This document shows, piece after piece, positions 1-8,967 of a stretch of 32,000 nucleotides of DNA. Position 1 is the first letter of the stretch, and each line of letters opens with the position of its first letter. A program made the translations under genes and the position numbers. The notes under the pieces are model-generated. The model made no database searches. It was not told the DNA's origin and saw nothing but the letters and a program-made list of their open reading frames with translations. The DNA comes from Candidatus Methylomirabilis oxygeniifera (GTDB taxonomy: Bacteria > Methylomirabilota > Methylomirabilia > Methylomirabilales > Methylomirabilaceae). The DNA lies in contig FP565575.1 of NCBI GenBank assembly GCA_000091165.1, positions 1,230,001-1,262,000 of the forward strand, read 5' to 3'.

Positions 1-841
1 CAATGTCTGCCGGGTTGTGCACTACAGCGATATCGGCACGCCGCAAGGCAGAGATCTTCTCTGTTGCTGTTCCTCTGCCACCCGAGATGATCGCCCCCGC
101 ATGGCCCATACGTCGCTCGGGAGGGGCTGCCAGCCCGGCGACGTATGCGATGACCGGTTTCGTGACGTGCCGCTCAACGAAGGCCGCCGCCTCCTCTTCG
201 GCAGTACCTCCGATCTCGCCGATCATCAGAATCGCCTCGGTCGCCCCATCGTTTTCGAAGAGCGCCAGGCAATCGACGAACGTGGTACCGATGATCGGAT
301 CCCCACCGATTCCGATGCAGGTAGATTGGCCCAGACCCAGGCGCGTAAGCTGATTGACCGCCTCGTAGGTCAGCGTCCCGCTCCTTGAGATCACACCGAC
401 CCTACCGGGTCTGTGGATCCGTCCCGGCATGATCCCCACCTTGGCTTGGTCCGGAGAGATGATCCCGGGGCAGTTCGGCCCAACCAGGCGGGTGTCAGAC
501 CCGTGAAGTATACGGGCCACGCGCACCATATCCAAGATCGGAATCCCCTCCGTGATACACACGACCAGCGGAATCGCCGCATCGATCGCCTCGAGAATTG
601 CGTCAGCGGCGAAGGCGGCAGGAACAAAGATCAAGGCGGTATTCGCATCCTCCTTCTCTACAGCCTCACGTACTGTATCAAAAACCGGAATCCCCTCGTG
701 GGATATACCCCCCTTGCCGGGGGTCACGCCTGCGACTACGCGGGTCCCATACTCGCGACACGCCAAGGCGTGGAACGTGCCCTCCTTGCCGGTGATCCCC
801 TGTACCACCACTCGTGTCTGTCGGTCTACCAGAATACTCAC
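1..841 (-). CDS. sucD: Succinyl-CoA synthetase alpha subunit (C-terminal end lies beyond the window start)
   Basis: My reverse-complement translation from GTG at 841 gives [24 protein letters not shown]... The frame stays open to position 1 (...[19 protein letters not shown]). It is absent from the ORF track because it runs off the edge. It starts 8 nt after the sucC stop. Confidence 0.9.
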   Translation of the reverse strand, partial: MSILVDRQTRVVVQGITGKEGTFHALACREYGTRVVAGVTPGKGGISHEGIPVFDTVREAVEKEDANTALIFVPAAFAADAILEAIDAAIPLVVCITEGIPILDMVRVARILHGSDTRLVGPNCPGIISPDQAKVGIMPGRIHRPGRVGVISRSGTLTYEAVNQLTRLGLGQSTCIGIGGDPIIGTTFVDCLALFENDGATEAILMIGEIGGTAEEEAAAFVERHVTKPVIAYVAGLAAPPERRMGHAGAIISGGRGTATEKISALRRADIAVVHNPADI

Positions 842-843
842 GC

Positions 844-878
844 CATATCCTATACCCTGAACCCTATACCCTGTCCGG
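844..878. repeat. Heptanucleotide tandem repeat, same family, overlapping the sucC 3' end and the sucC-sucD junction
   Basis: catatcc tataccc tgaaccc tataccc tgtccgg. The complement encodes the SucC tail GQGIGFRV* and provides the AGGA upstream of the sucD GTG. Confidence 0.85.
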
Positions 879-2028
879 AGGCCTTCACGGCCTTCTCGGC
901 CGCATCCTGCATCCCTTCTGCGGTGATGAAATTCAGACCGGACTCAGTAAGCATACGCGTACCATGGTCCACATTGGTCCCCTCCATCCGAACTACAATC
1001 GGCATTGTCACCCCGAGGGAGCGAACCGCACGAATCACGCCCTCTGCCAGCCGCTCACACCTCAGGATTCCCCCGAAGATGTTGATAAGGACCACACGTA
1101 CGGATCGGTCTGAGATCAGAATGCGAAACGCCTGTTCGATCTGTTCAGCACTGGCGCCGCCGCCGACATCCAGAAAGTTGGCCGGTTCACCGCCGACAAA
1201 TTTGACGAGATCCATGGTCGCCATCGCCAAGCCGGCTCCGTTGACCATACATCCTACAGTACCGTCGAGCTTGATATAGTTTAGTCCGAACTTGGACGCC
1301 TCTATCTCCAGCGGCAGCTCCTCGTCTGGATCACGGAGCGCCTTCAGATCGGCGTGGCGAAAAAGGGCGTTATCATCGACATTGAGCTTGGCATCCAGGG
1401 CCAACAAGCGACCATCGGTCGTGATCACCAGAGGATTGATCTCGACCAAAGAACAATCTTTCTCCTGAAACACTCGATACAAGGCCGAAAATAGACCGGT
1501 AGCGGTACGTTGAACCTGCTGCGGCAGCGCGAGCCTCAACACAAGGCGGCGAATATGGAAGGACTGAAGTTGAACGGCCGGATCGACGACGACTCTCGTG
1601 ATACTCTCCGGATCCTTCGCGGCCACTTCTTCGATCTCCATCCCGCCGATCGCGCCGGCCATCATCACGGGCCGTGCCGCCCTGCGATCCAGGACGATCC
1701 CGGCGTACAGCTCCCGGCTGACGGCGACTTGTTCCTCGACAAGGATTCTTTTGACCACCCTGCCTTCAGGGCCGGTCTGATGGGTGACCAGGCGGGAACC
1801 GATGAGCCGCTCCGCCAACTCTTCCGCCTCCTGCGGCGACGATGCCGACAGGATCCCGCCACCCTTGCCTCGGCCGCCCGCATGAATCTGGGCCTTCAGC
1901 ACCACAGCGCCGCCAAGCTGCTCGGCAACACGCGCCGCGTCAACGGGCGTCGTGACCGCCTCCCCTTTTGGAACGGGTACCTCGTACGCGCCAAGGATCG
2001 CCTTTGCCTGAAACTCATGGATCTTCAT
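850..2028 (-). CDS. sucC: Succinyl-CoA synthetase beta subunit (ATP-grasp)
   Basis: 391-aa [23 protein letters not shown]...[14 protein letters not shown]... with typical SucC N-terminus and length. Lies immediately upstream of sucD. Confidence 0.95.
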   Translation of the reverse strand: MKIHEFQAKAILGAYEVPVPKGEAVTTPVDAARVAEQLGGAVVLKAQIHAGGRGKGGGILSASSPQEAEELAERLIGSRLVTHQTGPEGRVVKRILVEEQVAVSRELYAGIVLDRRAARPVMMAGAIGGMEIEEVAAKDPESITRVVVDPAVQLQSFHIRRLVLRLALPQQVQRTATGLFSALYRVFQEKDCSLVEINPLVITTDGRLLALDAKLNVDDNALFRHADLKALRDPDEELPLEIEASKFGLNYIKLDGTVGCMVNGAGLAMATMDLVKFVGGEPANFLDVGGGASAEQIEQAFRILISDRSVRVVLINIFGGILRCERLAEGVIRAVRSLGVTMPIVVRMEGTNVDHGTRMLTESGLNFITAEGMQDAAEKAVKASGQGIGFRV

Positions 2029-2175
2029 GACTTACCTTCACTGCAACCTCTTCTACGGATGCCGTCCCTTCACCGAAGTCGAAAGGTCTTAACGAGTATC
2101 CGGTGAAAACGAGGAGTGGTCAGCGACGACTGCATAGCGTGAGCGTCACTGCCATCCTTGGTGTGCCGAACGGTT

Positions 2176-2203
2176 ATCATAATCTCAACATCTTGTTTGT
2201 CAA
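2176..2203 (-). promoter_or_regulatory. Candidate sigma70-type promoter for sucCD (TTGACA-16 nt-TATGAT)
   Basis: On the minus strand, TTGACA (2203-2198) and TATGAT (2181-2176) sit in the AT-richer divergent intergenic region, about 140 nt upstream of the sucC ATG. Motif match only. Confidence 0.35.
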
Positions 2204-2320
2204 GGTCCAAAATTGGTTTTAGTCTTGACACGCTTTGATACACCGTGCTAAAGGAATGGCGTATATGCGTCTTCGAAAAACAGTAGATGGCATCACAGTT
2301 GTGATTCAAAGCGCCTGAGC

Positions 2321-5263
2321 ATGATGCGACCCGCGACGGCACATCCGGCTGGGCGACCCATCTCCCCTCCATCCACCCACGAGGTTGATCAGTTCGTCGA
2401 CGAGTTGCGTCGAGGGTACGCGACTCGCGGACACCCCGTCCATCTCAAACAGATCCCTTCAAAATCCCCAAGCTATGCGGATCTGTCCGATCCTCTGCCC
2501 GGACCGCTTCTGGACACCCTACGGAAGATCGGAGTCGACCAACTCTATACGCACCAGTGTGCTGCCATCGCGGCAGCTCGTACCGGTAAGCATCCGCTGG
2601 TCGTCACGTCCACCGCCTCCGGCAAGAGCTTGACCTATCTCTTGCCGATTCTTGAGCACCTCCTGACTGATCGTTCAGCTCGAGCCCTGCTGTTGTTTCC
2701 GATCAAGGCGCTGGAGCAGGATCAACTGAAGATGTTGCACACCCTGATTCCTCCTGGTCAAGGGATCGACGCCGCCATACTGGACGGGGACACGCCTGTA
2801 TCCCGGCGAGCGAAGCTCCGGGACAATCCCCCGCAACTGCTGCTGAGCAACCCCGATATGCTCCACCTGTCGCTGCTACCCTACCACGCCCAGTGGCGCG
2901 AGTTCTGGCGCAACCTTCGCTATGTCGTGCTCGACGAACTGCACACCTATCGCGGGGTCTTCGGCTCGCACATCGCCCATGTCCTGCGACGACTTCGTCG
3001 GGTGGCGGCGGCCTACGGAGCACATCCGCAGTTTATCGCATGCTCGGCAACGATCGCAAATCCCCTCGCGCTGTCAGAACAACTCACGAGCCTCCCATTT
3101 CACCTGATCGAAGCGGATGGGGCCCCACAGCAGGGCAAACGTTTCCTTCTGATCAATCCGGTCGCCAGCCCCTATACCGAGGCGACCGATCTGCTGCTCC
3201 GCTGCCTCCGGAAGGGGTTGAAGACTATCGCCTTCGCCAAGGCTCGGAAGATCGCCGAGTTGATCGCCATGTGGGCGCGACAAGCCGATCAGACACTTGG
3301 CGGCAGGCTTGCCGCCTATCGAGCGGGTTTTACGGCCGACGAACGCCGGGCCATCGAGCGAGGACTGTTCAGCGAGCAACTGGCGGGGGTCGTTACCACG
3401 TCAGCCCTGGAGCTCGGGATTGACGTGGGCGGGTTGGATGCCTGCCTCCTCGTCGGCTATCCCGGCAGTATCACCAGCACCTGGCAACGGGGCGGTCGGG
3501 TCGGTCGCGGCCGCCGGGAGGCGCTGATCATCCTGGTCGCGCTTCCAGACGCCCTTGATCAGTACTTTTTCCGCCATCCTGACGACTTCTTCAGTCGTCC
3601 CTACGAAGCGGCCATCGTCGATCCCGGCAATCACCAGATTCTCGCGGCACATCTTGTGGCGACAGCCTCGGAAATGCCGCTGCGAACAGACGATTCGTTC
3701 TATGCCGCTGAACAAGACCTCATCCGGTCCCTCCACGATCAGGGCAGATTGCTCTTATCGGCGGATGGAACCGAGTGGTACGCCCGCGAGCGTCACCCCC
3801 AGCGTCGAATCAATATCCGCTCCATGGGAGAGGCCTGTGCGATCCTTGACCAGACCGGACGGGCCATCGGCACCATCGACGGGATACGAGCCATACACGA
3901 GTGCCATCCGGGGGCCATCTATCTGCACCAGGGGCAGCAGTACGAGAGTATGAGCCTGGACCTGATTCAGCACAAGGTCCACGCCAGGCCGGTCACTGTT
4001 GATTACTACACCGCGCCACTTGCCGAAAAGGACACGGAAGTCCTCGAAATCCTGGAATCCAGGAACCACCAGGGGATCCCCTACCACCTGGGCCGACTGA
4101 AAGTTACCGAGCGGGTGCTTGGCTACGAGCGCAGGCGGATCTTCGGCCAGGATAAGATCGGATCGTACCAGTTGGAATTGCCGCCTCAGACCTTTGAGAC
4201 CGTCGGCCTCTGGTTTGAGATACCTGATGGGTTGAAGGCGACCGTTGAGGAGGCAGGATCGCACTTTATGGGGAGCATTCATGCGATAGAGCACGCCATG
4301 ATCGGCCTCTTCCCGCTTTACGCCCTCTGTGACCGTTCGGACATCGGCGGGATCTCGTACCCGATCCACCCGCAGGTCGCTCGCGCCGCTGTTTTCATCT
4401 ATGACGGCTACCCCGGCGGGATCGGTCTGACCGAGCGCGGCTTCCAGGTTCTGCCGGAGCTGTTCCTCAAGACACGACAACTCCTGGAAGAGTGCCCATG
4501 CGAATCCGGATGCCCCTCGTGCGTCCACTCACCGAAATGCGGATCGGGCAACAAGCCGCTTGATAAGCAGGGCGCGCACCTGACCCTTCAGGGCCTACTC
4601 GGGGAGACGCCGCGGACCGATACCAGGCAGCCCTCCCGTCCGTCGTCTTCAGCGCTGTCAGCCCCGAAGGAAAAAGAGGAGTCGGAGACCGTTGATGCGA
4701 TACCCCATGCGATCGTCTTTGATCTTGAGACGCAGCGGAGCGCCGAGGATGTCGGCGGCTGGGAACACCGGCATCGGATGGGTCTCGCGGTCGGCGTCGT
4801 CTACGACCTTGATCGCGCTGAGTTCCGCGTCTACACTGAGCGGCAGGTGGATGCCCTCATCAACGACTTGGTCCGTGCGCGCCTGATTGTCGGGTTTAAC
4901 GTCCGGCGGTTCGACTTTGATGTATTGCGGGCCTACGCCGACCTTGATTGGAACGCCCTGCCCGCCCTGGACATCCTCGAGTGTATCCACCGACGGCTGG
5001 GGTTTCGACTGAAACTGGACCATCTGGCCCAAGAAACCCTTGGGGAACGGAAGTCGGCCGATGGACTGCAGAGTCTGGCCTGGTTCAAGGCAGGAGAGAT
5101 CGAGCGGGTCATCGAATACTGCAAACAGGATGTCCTCCTGACAAAGCGGCTCTACGATTTCGGTCGGCAGCACGGATATCTATTGTACCGGGACAACCAG
5201 GGACGAGCGGTCCGACTTCCGGTCGACTTCGATGAAAATCTGTTTTCGCGGCAATCCAGGTAG
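2321..5263 (+). CDS. MrfA/YprA-family DEXH helicase with DUF1998 Zn-finger module, C-terminally fused to a YprB/MrfB-like RNase H-fold (DEDD) exonuclease domain
   Basis: Walker A TSTASGKSL and DELH box (VVLDELHTYRG). DUF1998-type cysteine cluster ECPCESGCPSCVHSPKCGSGN. A low-complexity S/P/E linker follows. The C-terminal domain carries IVFDLET, GFNVRRFDFDVL and YCKQDV, the Exo I/II/III-like acidic motifs. Confidence 0.85.
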   Translation: MMRPATAHPAGRPISPPSTHEVDQFVDELRRGYATRGHPVHLKQIPSKSPSYADLSDPLPGPLLDTLRKIGVDQLYTHQCAAIAAARTGKHPLVVTSTASGKSLTYLLPILEHLLTDRSARALLLFPIKALEQDQLKMLHTLIPPGQGIDAAILDGDTPVSRRAKLRDNPPQLLLSNPDMLHLSLLPYHAQWREFWRNLRYVVLDELHTYRGVFGSHIAHVLRRLRRVAAAYGAHPQFIACSATIANPLALSEQLTSLPFHLIEADGAPQQGKRFLLINPVASPYTEATDLLLRCLRKGLKTIAFAKARKIAELIAMWARQADQTLGGRLAAYRAGFTADERRAIERGLFSEQLAGVVTTSALELGIDVGGLDACLLVGYPGSITSTWQRGGRVGRGRREALIILVALPDALDQYFFRHPDDFFSRPYEAAIVDPGNHQILAAHLVATASEMPLRTDDSFYAAEQDLIRSLHDQGRLLLSADGTEWYARERHPQRRINIRSMGEACAILDQTGRAIGTIDGIRAIHECHPGAIYLHQGQQYESMSLDLIQHKVHARPVTVDYYTAPLAEKDTEVLEILESRNHQGIPYHLGRLKVTERVLGYERRRIFGQDKIGSYQLELPPQTFETVGLWFEIPDGLKATVEEAGSHFMGSIHAIEHAMIGLFPLYALCDRSDIGGISYPIHPQVARAAVFIYDGYPGGIGLTERGFQVLPELFLKTRQLLEECPCESGCPSCVHSPKCGSGNKPLDKQGAHLTLQGLLGETPRTDTRQPSRPSSSALSAPKEKEESETVDAIPHAIVFDLETQRSAEDVGGWEHRHRMGLAVGVVYDLDRAEFRVYTERQVDALINDLVRARLIVGFNVRRFDFDVLRAYADLDWNALPALDILECIHRRLGFRLKLDHLAQETLGERKSADGLQSLAWFKAGEIERVIEYCKQDVLLTKRLYDFGRQHGYLLYRDNQGRAVRLPVDFDENLFSRQSR

Positions 5264-5322
5264 AGTATAATGCAGTGCTGTTGACGGGACATTGAACGAA
5301 GAGAAGTGTATTGGAGGAGTGA

Positions 5323-5946
5323 ATGGTCGCCTTAGATTATAAGCAGATCACGCGTGCCTATGCCATCTTGTCCCCCATGTACGACCTTCTGTTCGACAAG
5401 ATCTTTCATCCGGGACGGGTCGCGGCGATACCGCTTCTTGGGATCAAACCAAACGACCTTGTCCTTGAGGTGGGGATCGGTACAGGATTAAACCTTCCAC
5501 TCTACCCGCAGGATTGCCACCTTGTTGGCATTGATCTCTCCTCGGAGATGCTGAGCAAGGCCAGAGAGAAGGTACGAGAATATGGGATGAATAACGTGAC
5601 CATTAAAGAGATGGACGCGTCGAAACTGGAGTTCCCGGACGAACACTTCGATCATGTGCTGGCCACGTACGTCATCAGCGCCGTTCCAGAGCCGGTTCAG
5701 GTTCTCCGAGAGATTAAGCGAGTGTGTAAAAAGAAAGGGCATATCGTCATTCTGAACCACTTTAAGAGCGAGAACCCGGTTGTCGGCACCCTGGAAGAGC
5801 TGGTCGCCCCACTGTGTACCAGGCTTGGGTTCAAAACCGACCTGAGGCTTATGCCCGTCCTGAAGGAAGCACAGCTCACCCCCGAGCAGTTGCACCGCGT
5901 CAATCTTCTGAACGGCTGGCGCCTGGTCCGCTGTCTGAATGAATAA
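5323..5946 (+). CDS. Class I SAM-dependent methyltransferase, phospholipid N-methyltransferase (PmtA)-like
   Basis: Motif I LEVGIGTGLNLPLY, then GIDLSSEML and MDASKLEFPDEHFDHVLATYVISAVPEP. The overall layout resembles Rhodobacter-type PmtA as I recall it. No DNA-methyltransferase motifs. Confidence 0.75.
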   Translation: MVALDYKQITRAYAILSPMYDLLFDKIFHPGRVAAIPLLGIKPNDLVLEVGIGTGLNLPLYPQDCHLVGIDLSSEMLSKAREKVREYGMNNVTIKEMDASKLEFPDEHFDHVLATYVISAVPEPVQVLREIKRVCKKKGHIVILNHFKSENPVVGTLEELVAPLCTRLGFKTDLRLMPVLKEAQLTPEQLHRVNLLNGWRLVRCLNE

Positions 5947-6481
5947 ACTGCGGCAATCTCCCGCACCACGTCCGGCACTGATGCTCGCCTCACTTCTGGC
6001 CGGTCTACTCCTCGTCCCCTGGACTGTTGTCCGAGCTGAACAGATCAAGGACTTGTACGAAATGGAGGTGCTGGGCGTGGCCGCCGCTCCGGGAGGTGAC
6101 CTGGCTATCGGCCAGGCAGGCCAGACGGCCATACTCCTGCGCAGTAAAGAGGCAAAGCGCGAACTTACGCTTTTCGTCGGACCTTTTGAGGCCCAAAGTA
6201 TCGCGGTTCCTCTACAGCAGATGAAACCTCTCCGCCCTTTGACTCACGATCTCACCCTTTCCCTCTTAGCGGCCTTTCGCTCGCATTTAGGGAGGGTCAT
6301 TATCAGCGATTTTAAGGACAATACCTATTACGCCACCCTCTATATCGAGACCGACGGCAAAGAGATGACGGTCGACAGCCGACCCAGTGATGCTATTGCC
6401 CTCGCGTTGCGGGCCGGCGCCCCAATCTACGCCAGCAGCAAGGCGCTGGATGGTGCGAGCACGAACCGGCCGCCGAGATGA
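5939..6481 (+). CDS. Bifunctional nuclease family (DUF151) protein with N-terminal signal/anchor
   Basis: LTLFVGPFEAQSIAVPLQ...RPLTHDL...YYATLYIE...VDSRPSDAIALALRAGAPIY matches the DUF151 pattern. Hydrophobic N-terminus LMLASLLAGLLLVPWTVVRA. 8-nt overlap (ATGAATAA) with the upstream methyltransferase. Confidence 0.75.
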   Translation: MNKLRQSPAPRPALMLASLLAGLLLVPWTVVRAEQIKDLYEMEVLGVAAAPGGDLAIGQAGQTAILLRSKEAKRELTLFVGPFEAQSIAVPLQQMKPLRPLTHDLTLSLLAAFRSHLGRVIISDFKDNTYYATLYIETDGKEMTVDSRPSDAIALALRAGAPIYASSKALDGASTNRPPR

Positions 6482-6607
6482 TCTTTCACCCTAAGACAGC
6501 GATCAGCTTTCAGCGGTCAGCTCTACTGATGTATCGCTTGGTTTCTCCGAGGCTGATGGCTGTTTGCTGAGAGCTGAACGCTATCTGTTCTCCAAGGTGC
6601 CTCCCAA

Positions 6608-7486
6608 GTGAAACCGATCGATCCTCTACTCCGGCAGATCGTAGAAGCGGTCTCGGAACGCGGGATACGGACACACCTCGAACAACTCGTTGAACCACGG
6701 GATCCGTTTGAGGGGCATGCCAGCATGGAAGCCGCTGCGGACACTATTGCGGAAACCCTCAGAGGATTTGACCTCCAGTTCGTCGAAGAGCGTTTCAGGT
6801 GCGAGGGCCGCTGGTACCGGAATCTGATCGCGTTGCACCAGGGTTCGTCCCGTAATGGACAGGTGTTGATTGTCGCCCACTACGACACCGTACCGAATAG
6901 CCCTGGGGCCGACGATAATGCCAGTGGAGTGGCCGGTCTACTCGAGGTAGCCGGAACCCTGGCCCGCCACCGATTCACACACGACCTGCTCTTTATCGCC
7001 TTCCCCCTCGAAGAGTACGGCAATCCAGGCAGCGTGCACTATGTGGAGCAGGCCATGGCCAGTGGCGCGCCGATTGCCGGCGTATTCGACCTGGAGATGA
7101 TCGGCTATACCGGCCCGACCCAGGCCGCACCTCCCGGTATCCAGGCCCCGACGATGGGGGATTTTATCGGCGTAGTGGGCAATCGACGATCGGAAGGGCT
7201 TGTTGCGCTCTTCAAAGAAGCAGCGGTCCTGGTTGCCCCTTCGCTGCCTGTACAGGGCTTAGTTGTAGAGGGAAACGGAGAGCATGTACCGTTCGTACGC
7301 CAGAGTGATCATGCGCCATTCTGGGACGCCGGATATCCGGCTGTCATGATCACCGACACCGCCTTCCTGCGTAACCCACATTACCACTTACCGACAGACA
7401 CCCTCGACACGCTGAATCTTCGTTTTCTCCGGCAGGTGGCTGCAACGACAGCGGCGTCGGCTGCTTTACTGGCCGACTTCACCTGA
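6608..7486 (+). CDS. M28 family zinc aminopeptidase
   Basis: LIVAHYDTVPNSPGADDNASGVAGLLEVA and FIAFPLEEYG are typical M28 metal-ligand regions. GTG start. Confidence 0.8.
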   Translation: MKPIDPLLRQIVEAVSERGIRTHLEQLVEPRDPFEGHASMEAAADTIAETLRGFDLQFVEERFRCEGRWYRNLIALHQGSSRNGQVLIVAHYDTVPNSPGADDNASGVAGLLEVAGTLARHRFTHDLLFIAFPLEEYGNPGSVHYVEQAMASGAPIAGVFDLEMIGYTGPTQAAPPGIQAPTMGDFIGVVGNRRSEGLVALFKEAAVLVAPSLPVQGLVVEGNGEHVPFVRQSDHAPFWDAGYPAVMITDTAFLRNPHYHLPTDTLDTLNLRFLRQVAATTAASAALLADFT

Positions 7487-7497
7487 AATCGGACCCA

Positions 7498-7731
7498 CTA
7501 CACAGGTTCGACCACCAAGCTGGTGGTGGTCCGCGTCACGGCTGGCAGCGCCTGAACATGATTCACCGTATCCCACAGGGTGCTGAGATCCGGGGCCTCG
7601 ATAAAGGCAACGACATCGATGTTGCCGGTGACGATGTGTGCAAATTTCACCATTTGTAGTTCCCCGATCGTATCTGCCACCTCTTGCTCCCTGGCCTTGC
7701 TCGTCCTGATGAAGACATAGGCGTGAACCAT
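7498..7731 (-). CDS. Stand-alone Lrp/AsnC ligand-binding (RAM) domain protein
   Basis: 77 aa: MVHAYVFIRTSKAREQEVADTIGELQMVKFAHIVTGNIDVVAFIE... I chose the internal ATG at 7731 because GGAGG lies 7 nt upstream. The track ORF extends to 7767. Confidence 0.65.
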   Translation of the reverse strand: MVHAYVFIRTSKAREQEVADTIGELQMVKFAHIVTGNIDVVAFIEAPDLSTLWDTVNHVQALPAVTRTTTSLVVEPV

Positions 7732-7973
7732 CGATCCCCCTCCAACGCAACCATCAGATCGGACCACTAAACGCGAAGCCTCAATGAAGCATCAAATGGA
7801 TCAGAAAGACTGTGCGGAACGTGCTACATACAGTGTGAGTGTATGGATGATGCGGCGCGGCCAGGGTGTTCATCGTAGTGTGCAGCCGACCGGCGACCCT
7901 TCAAAATTCGGTTGCCGCATGTTACTATAAAGGTAGTTGCGCGTAGTGTACCATATGAGGGGAGGTGGATAAG

Positions 7974-8288
7974 ATGAAAATTGCAAAGAGGAGCGTCGCT
8001 GCCCTGGTGATCGGGACCCTGCTCGTGACCAGTCTTTTCCTTCTTGCGGCGGACCCTGCATCGGCGAGGACGAATTTTCACTTCGGTCTGAATCTGGGGG
8101 TGCCCCTGACACCCTATCCCGGATATGGGTATATGTATCCCTATCCGCCCCCCGTCCGCTATGCGCCGCATCCGTACTACCGTGCCTATCCCCCTTGCGC
8201 GCGGGTCTGGATCCCCGGGTACTATGATAGTTATGGCAACTGGGTCTTCGGGTACTATCAGTACGATTGTGGGTACTACGGTTATTAA
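7974..8288 (+). CDS. Small secreted Tyr/Pro/Gly-rich protein
   Basis: GGAGG 8 nt upstream of the ATG at 7974. Signal peptide MKIAKRSVAALVIGTLLVTSLFLLAADPASA. By my count the mature part has 18 Tyr in 63 residues, plus 2 Cys. The antisense 151-aa ORF is not protein-like. Confidence 0.6.
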   Translation: MKIAKRSVAALVIGTLLVTSLFLLAADPASARTNFHFGLNLGVPLTPYPGYGYMYPYPPPVRYAPHPYYRAYPPCARVWIPGYYDSYGNWVFGYYQYDCGYYGY

Positions 8289-8364
8289 GCTTGGTAGGTT
8301 GCGCGACCATTTGACGATGTGTCACTCAACAGCTCTATCGTAAACGGATAACCGGGAGATCGCT

Positions 8365-8892
8365 GTGAAACGTGCGCTGACGTTTGTTGTATTGGCAATT
8401 GCCCTTTCGGGATGCGCCAGCCTTGCAGTTCGTCCCTGTGATTCGATCGCAACCCGCGATTCGAAGTATGCCGCACGGTTCTTTCTCGGAATCATTACCC
8501 TCGGCATTTCCGAGGCGGGCATTCAGCATGAGCAGTTTCTCGAGGCCAGCGAGGGATGGCGATTCTGCTCCCCACGGGTTGCCTGGCAGGGTCCGCCACA
8601 GGCCATGGGTACGCCCAGAACGCCTGGGACATTGATCAATGTTACCAAATGGACGGTCAACGTCTATCTGGACGTTGACCCGGCCAGTGCCGGAATTCCA
8701 CCCCTTTTCACGCTTCGACCAGGCGAATCACGTCAACTTGCCCTGGCGCCTGGGCCTCACCGGATCGTTGCCAGACCGACCGTGGAGACTGTCGGCGGGA
8801 CGGCGCCCTCCGAACGGTACGATCGGCAGATCCAGATCGACCCACGAGATCGAAGCTTTCGCCTTCAACTTTCCGAAGGAGAGTTCAAGTAG
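8365..8892 (+). CDS. Lipoprotein of unknown function
   Basis: Lipobox in MKRALTFVVLAIALSGCAS. GGGAG upstream of the GTG start. No recognisable family. Confidence 0.6.
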   Translation: MKRALTFVVLAIALSGCASLAVRPCDSIATRDSKYAARFFLGIITLGISEAGIQHEQFLEASEGWRFCSPRVAWQGPPQAMGTPRTPGTLINVTKWTVNVYLDVDPASAGIPPLFTLRPGESRQLALAPGPHRIVARPTVETVGGTAPSERYDRQIQIDPRDRSFRLQLSEGEFK

Positions 8893-8967
8893 TTCTCATT
8901 CAGTTTCGCACGGAAGCGAACAGCGTGATGTGCGGCGAGATGACGTCGCAATTATAGAGGAGGAATA

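Noticed and set aside
413-2106. Several plus-strand ORFs (413-1279, 552-860, 1510-2106 and others)
   Set aside because: All are antisense to sucD and sucC, whose translations are unambiguous.
2070-2372. 100-aa minus-strand ORF in the sucC/helicase divergent region
   Set aside because: It spans the AT-richer promoter region and overlaps the helicase start. It has no RBS and a non-protein-like composition.
5488-6132. 214-aa minus-strand ORF
   Set aside because: It is antisense to the methyltransferase and DUF151 genes and has no recognisable motifs.
2321-6481. Helicase + methyltransferase + nuclease as a DISARM- or RM-like defence operon
   Set aside because: The helicase matches the MrfA repair family. 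The methyltransferase has small-molecule or lipid (PmtA-like) features and no DNA-methyltransferase motifs. The nuclease appears exported. The flanking genes are housekeeping.
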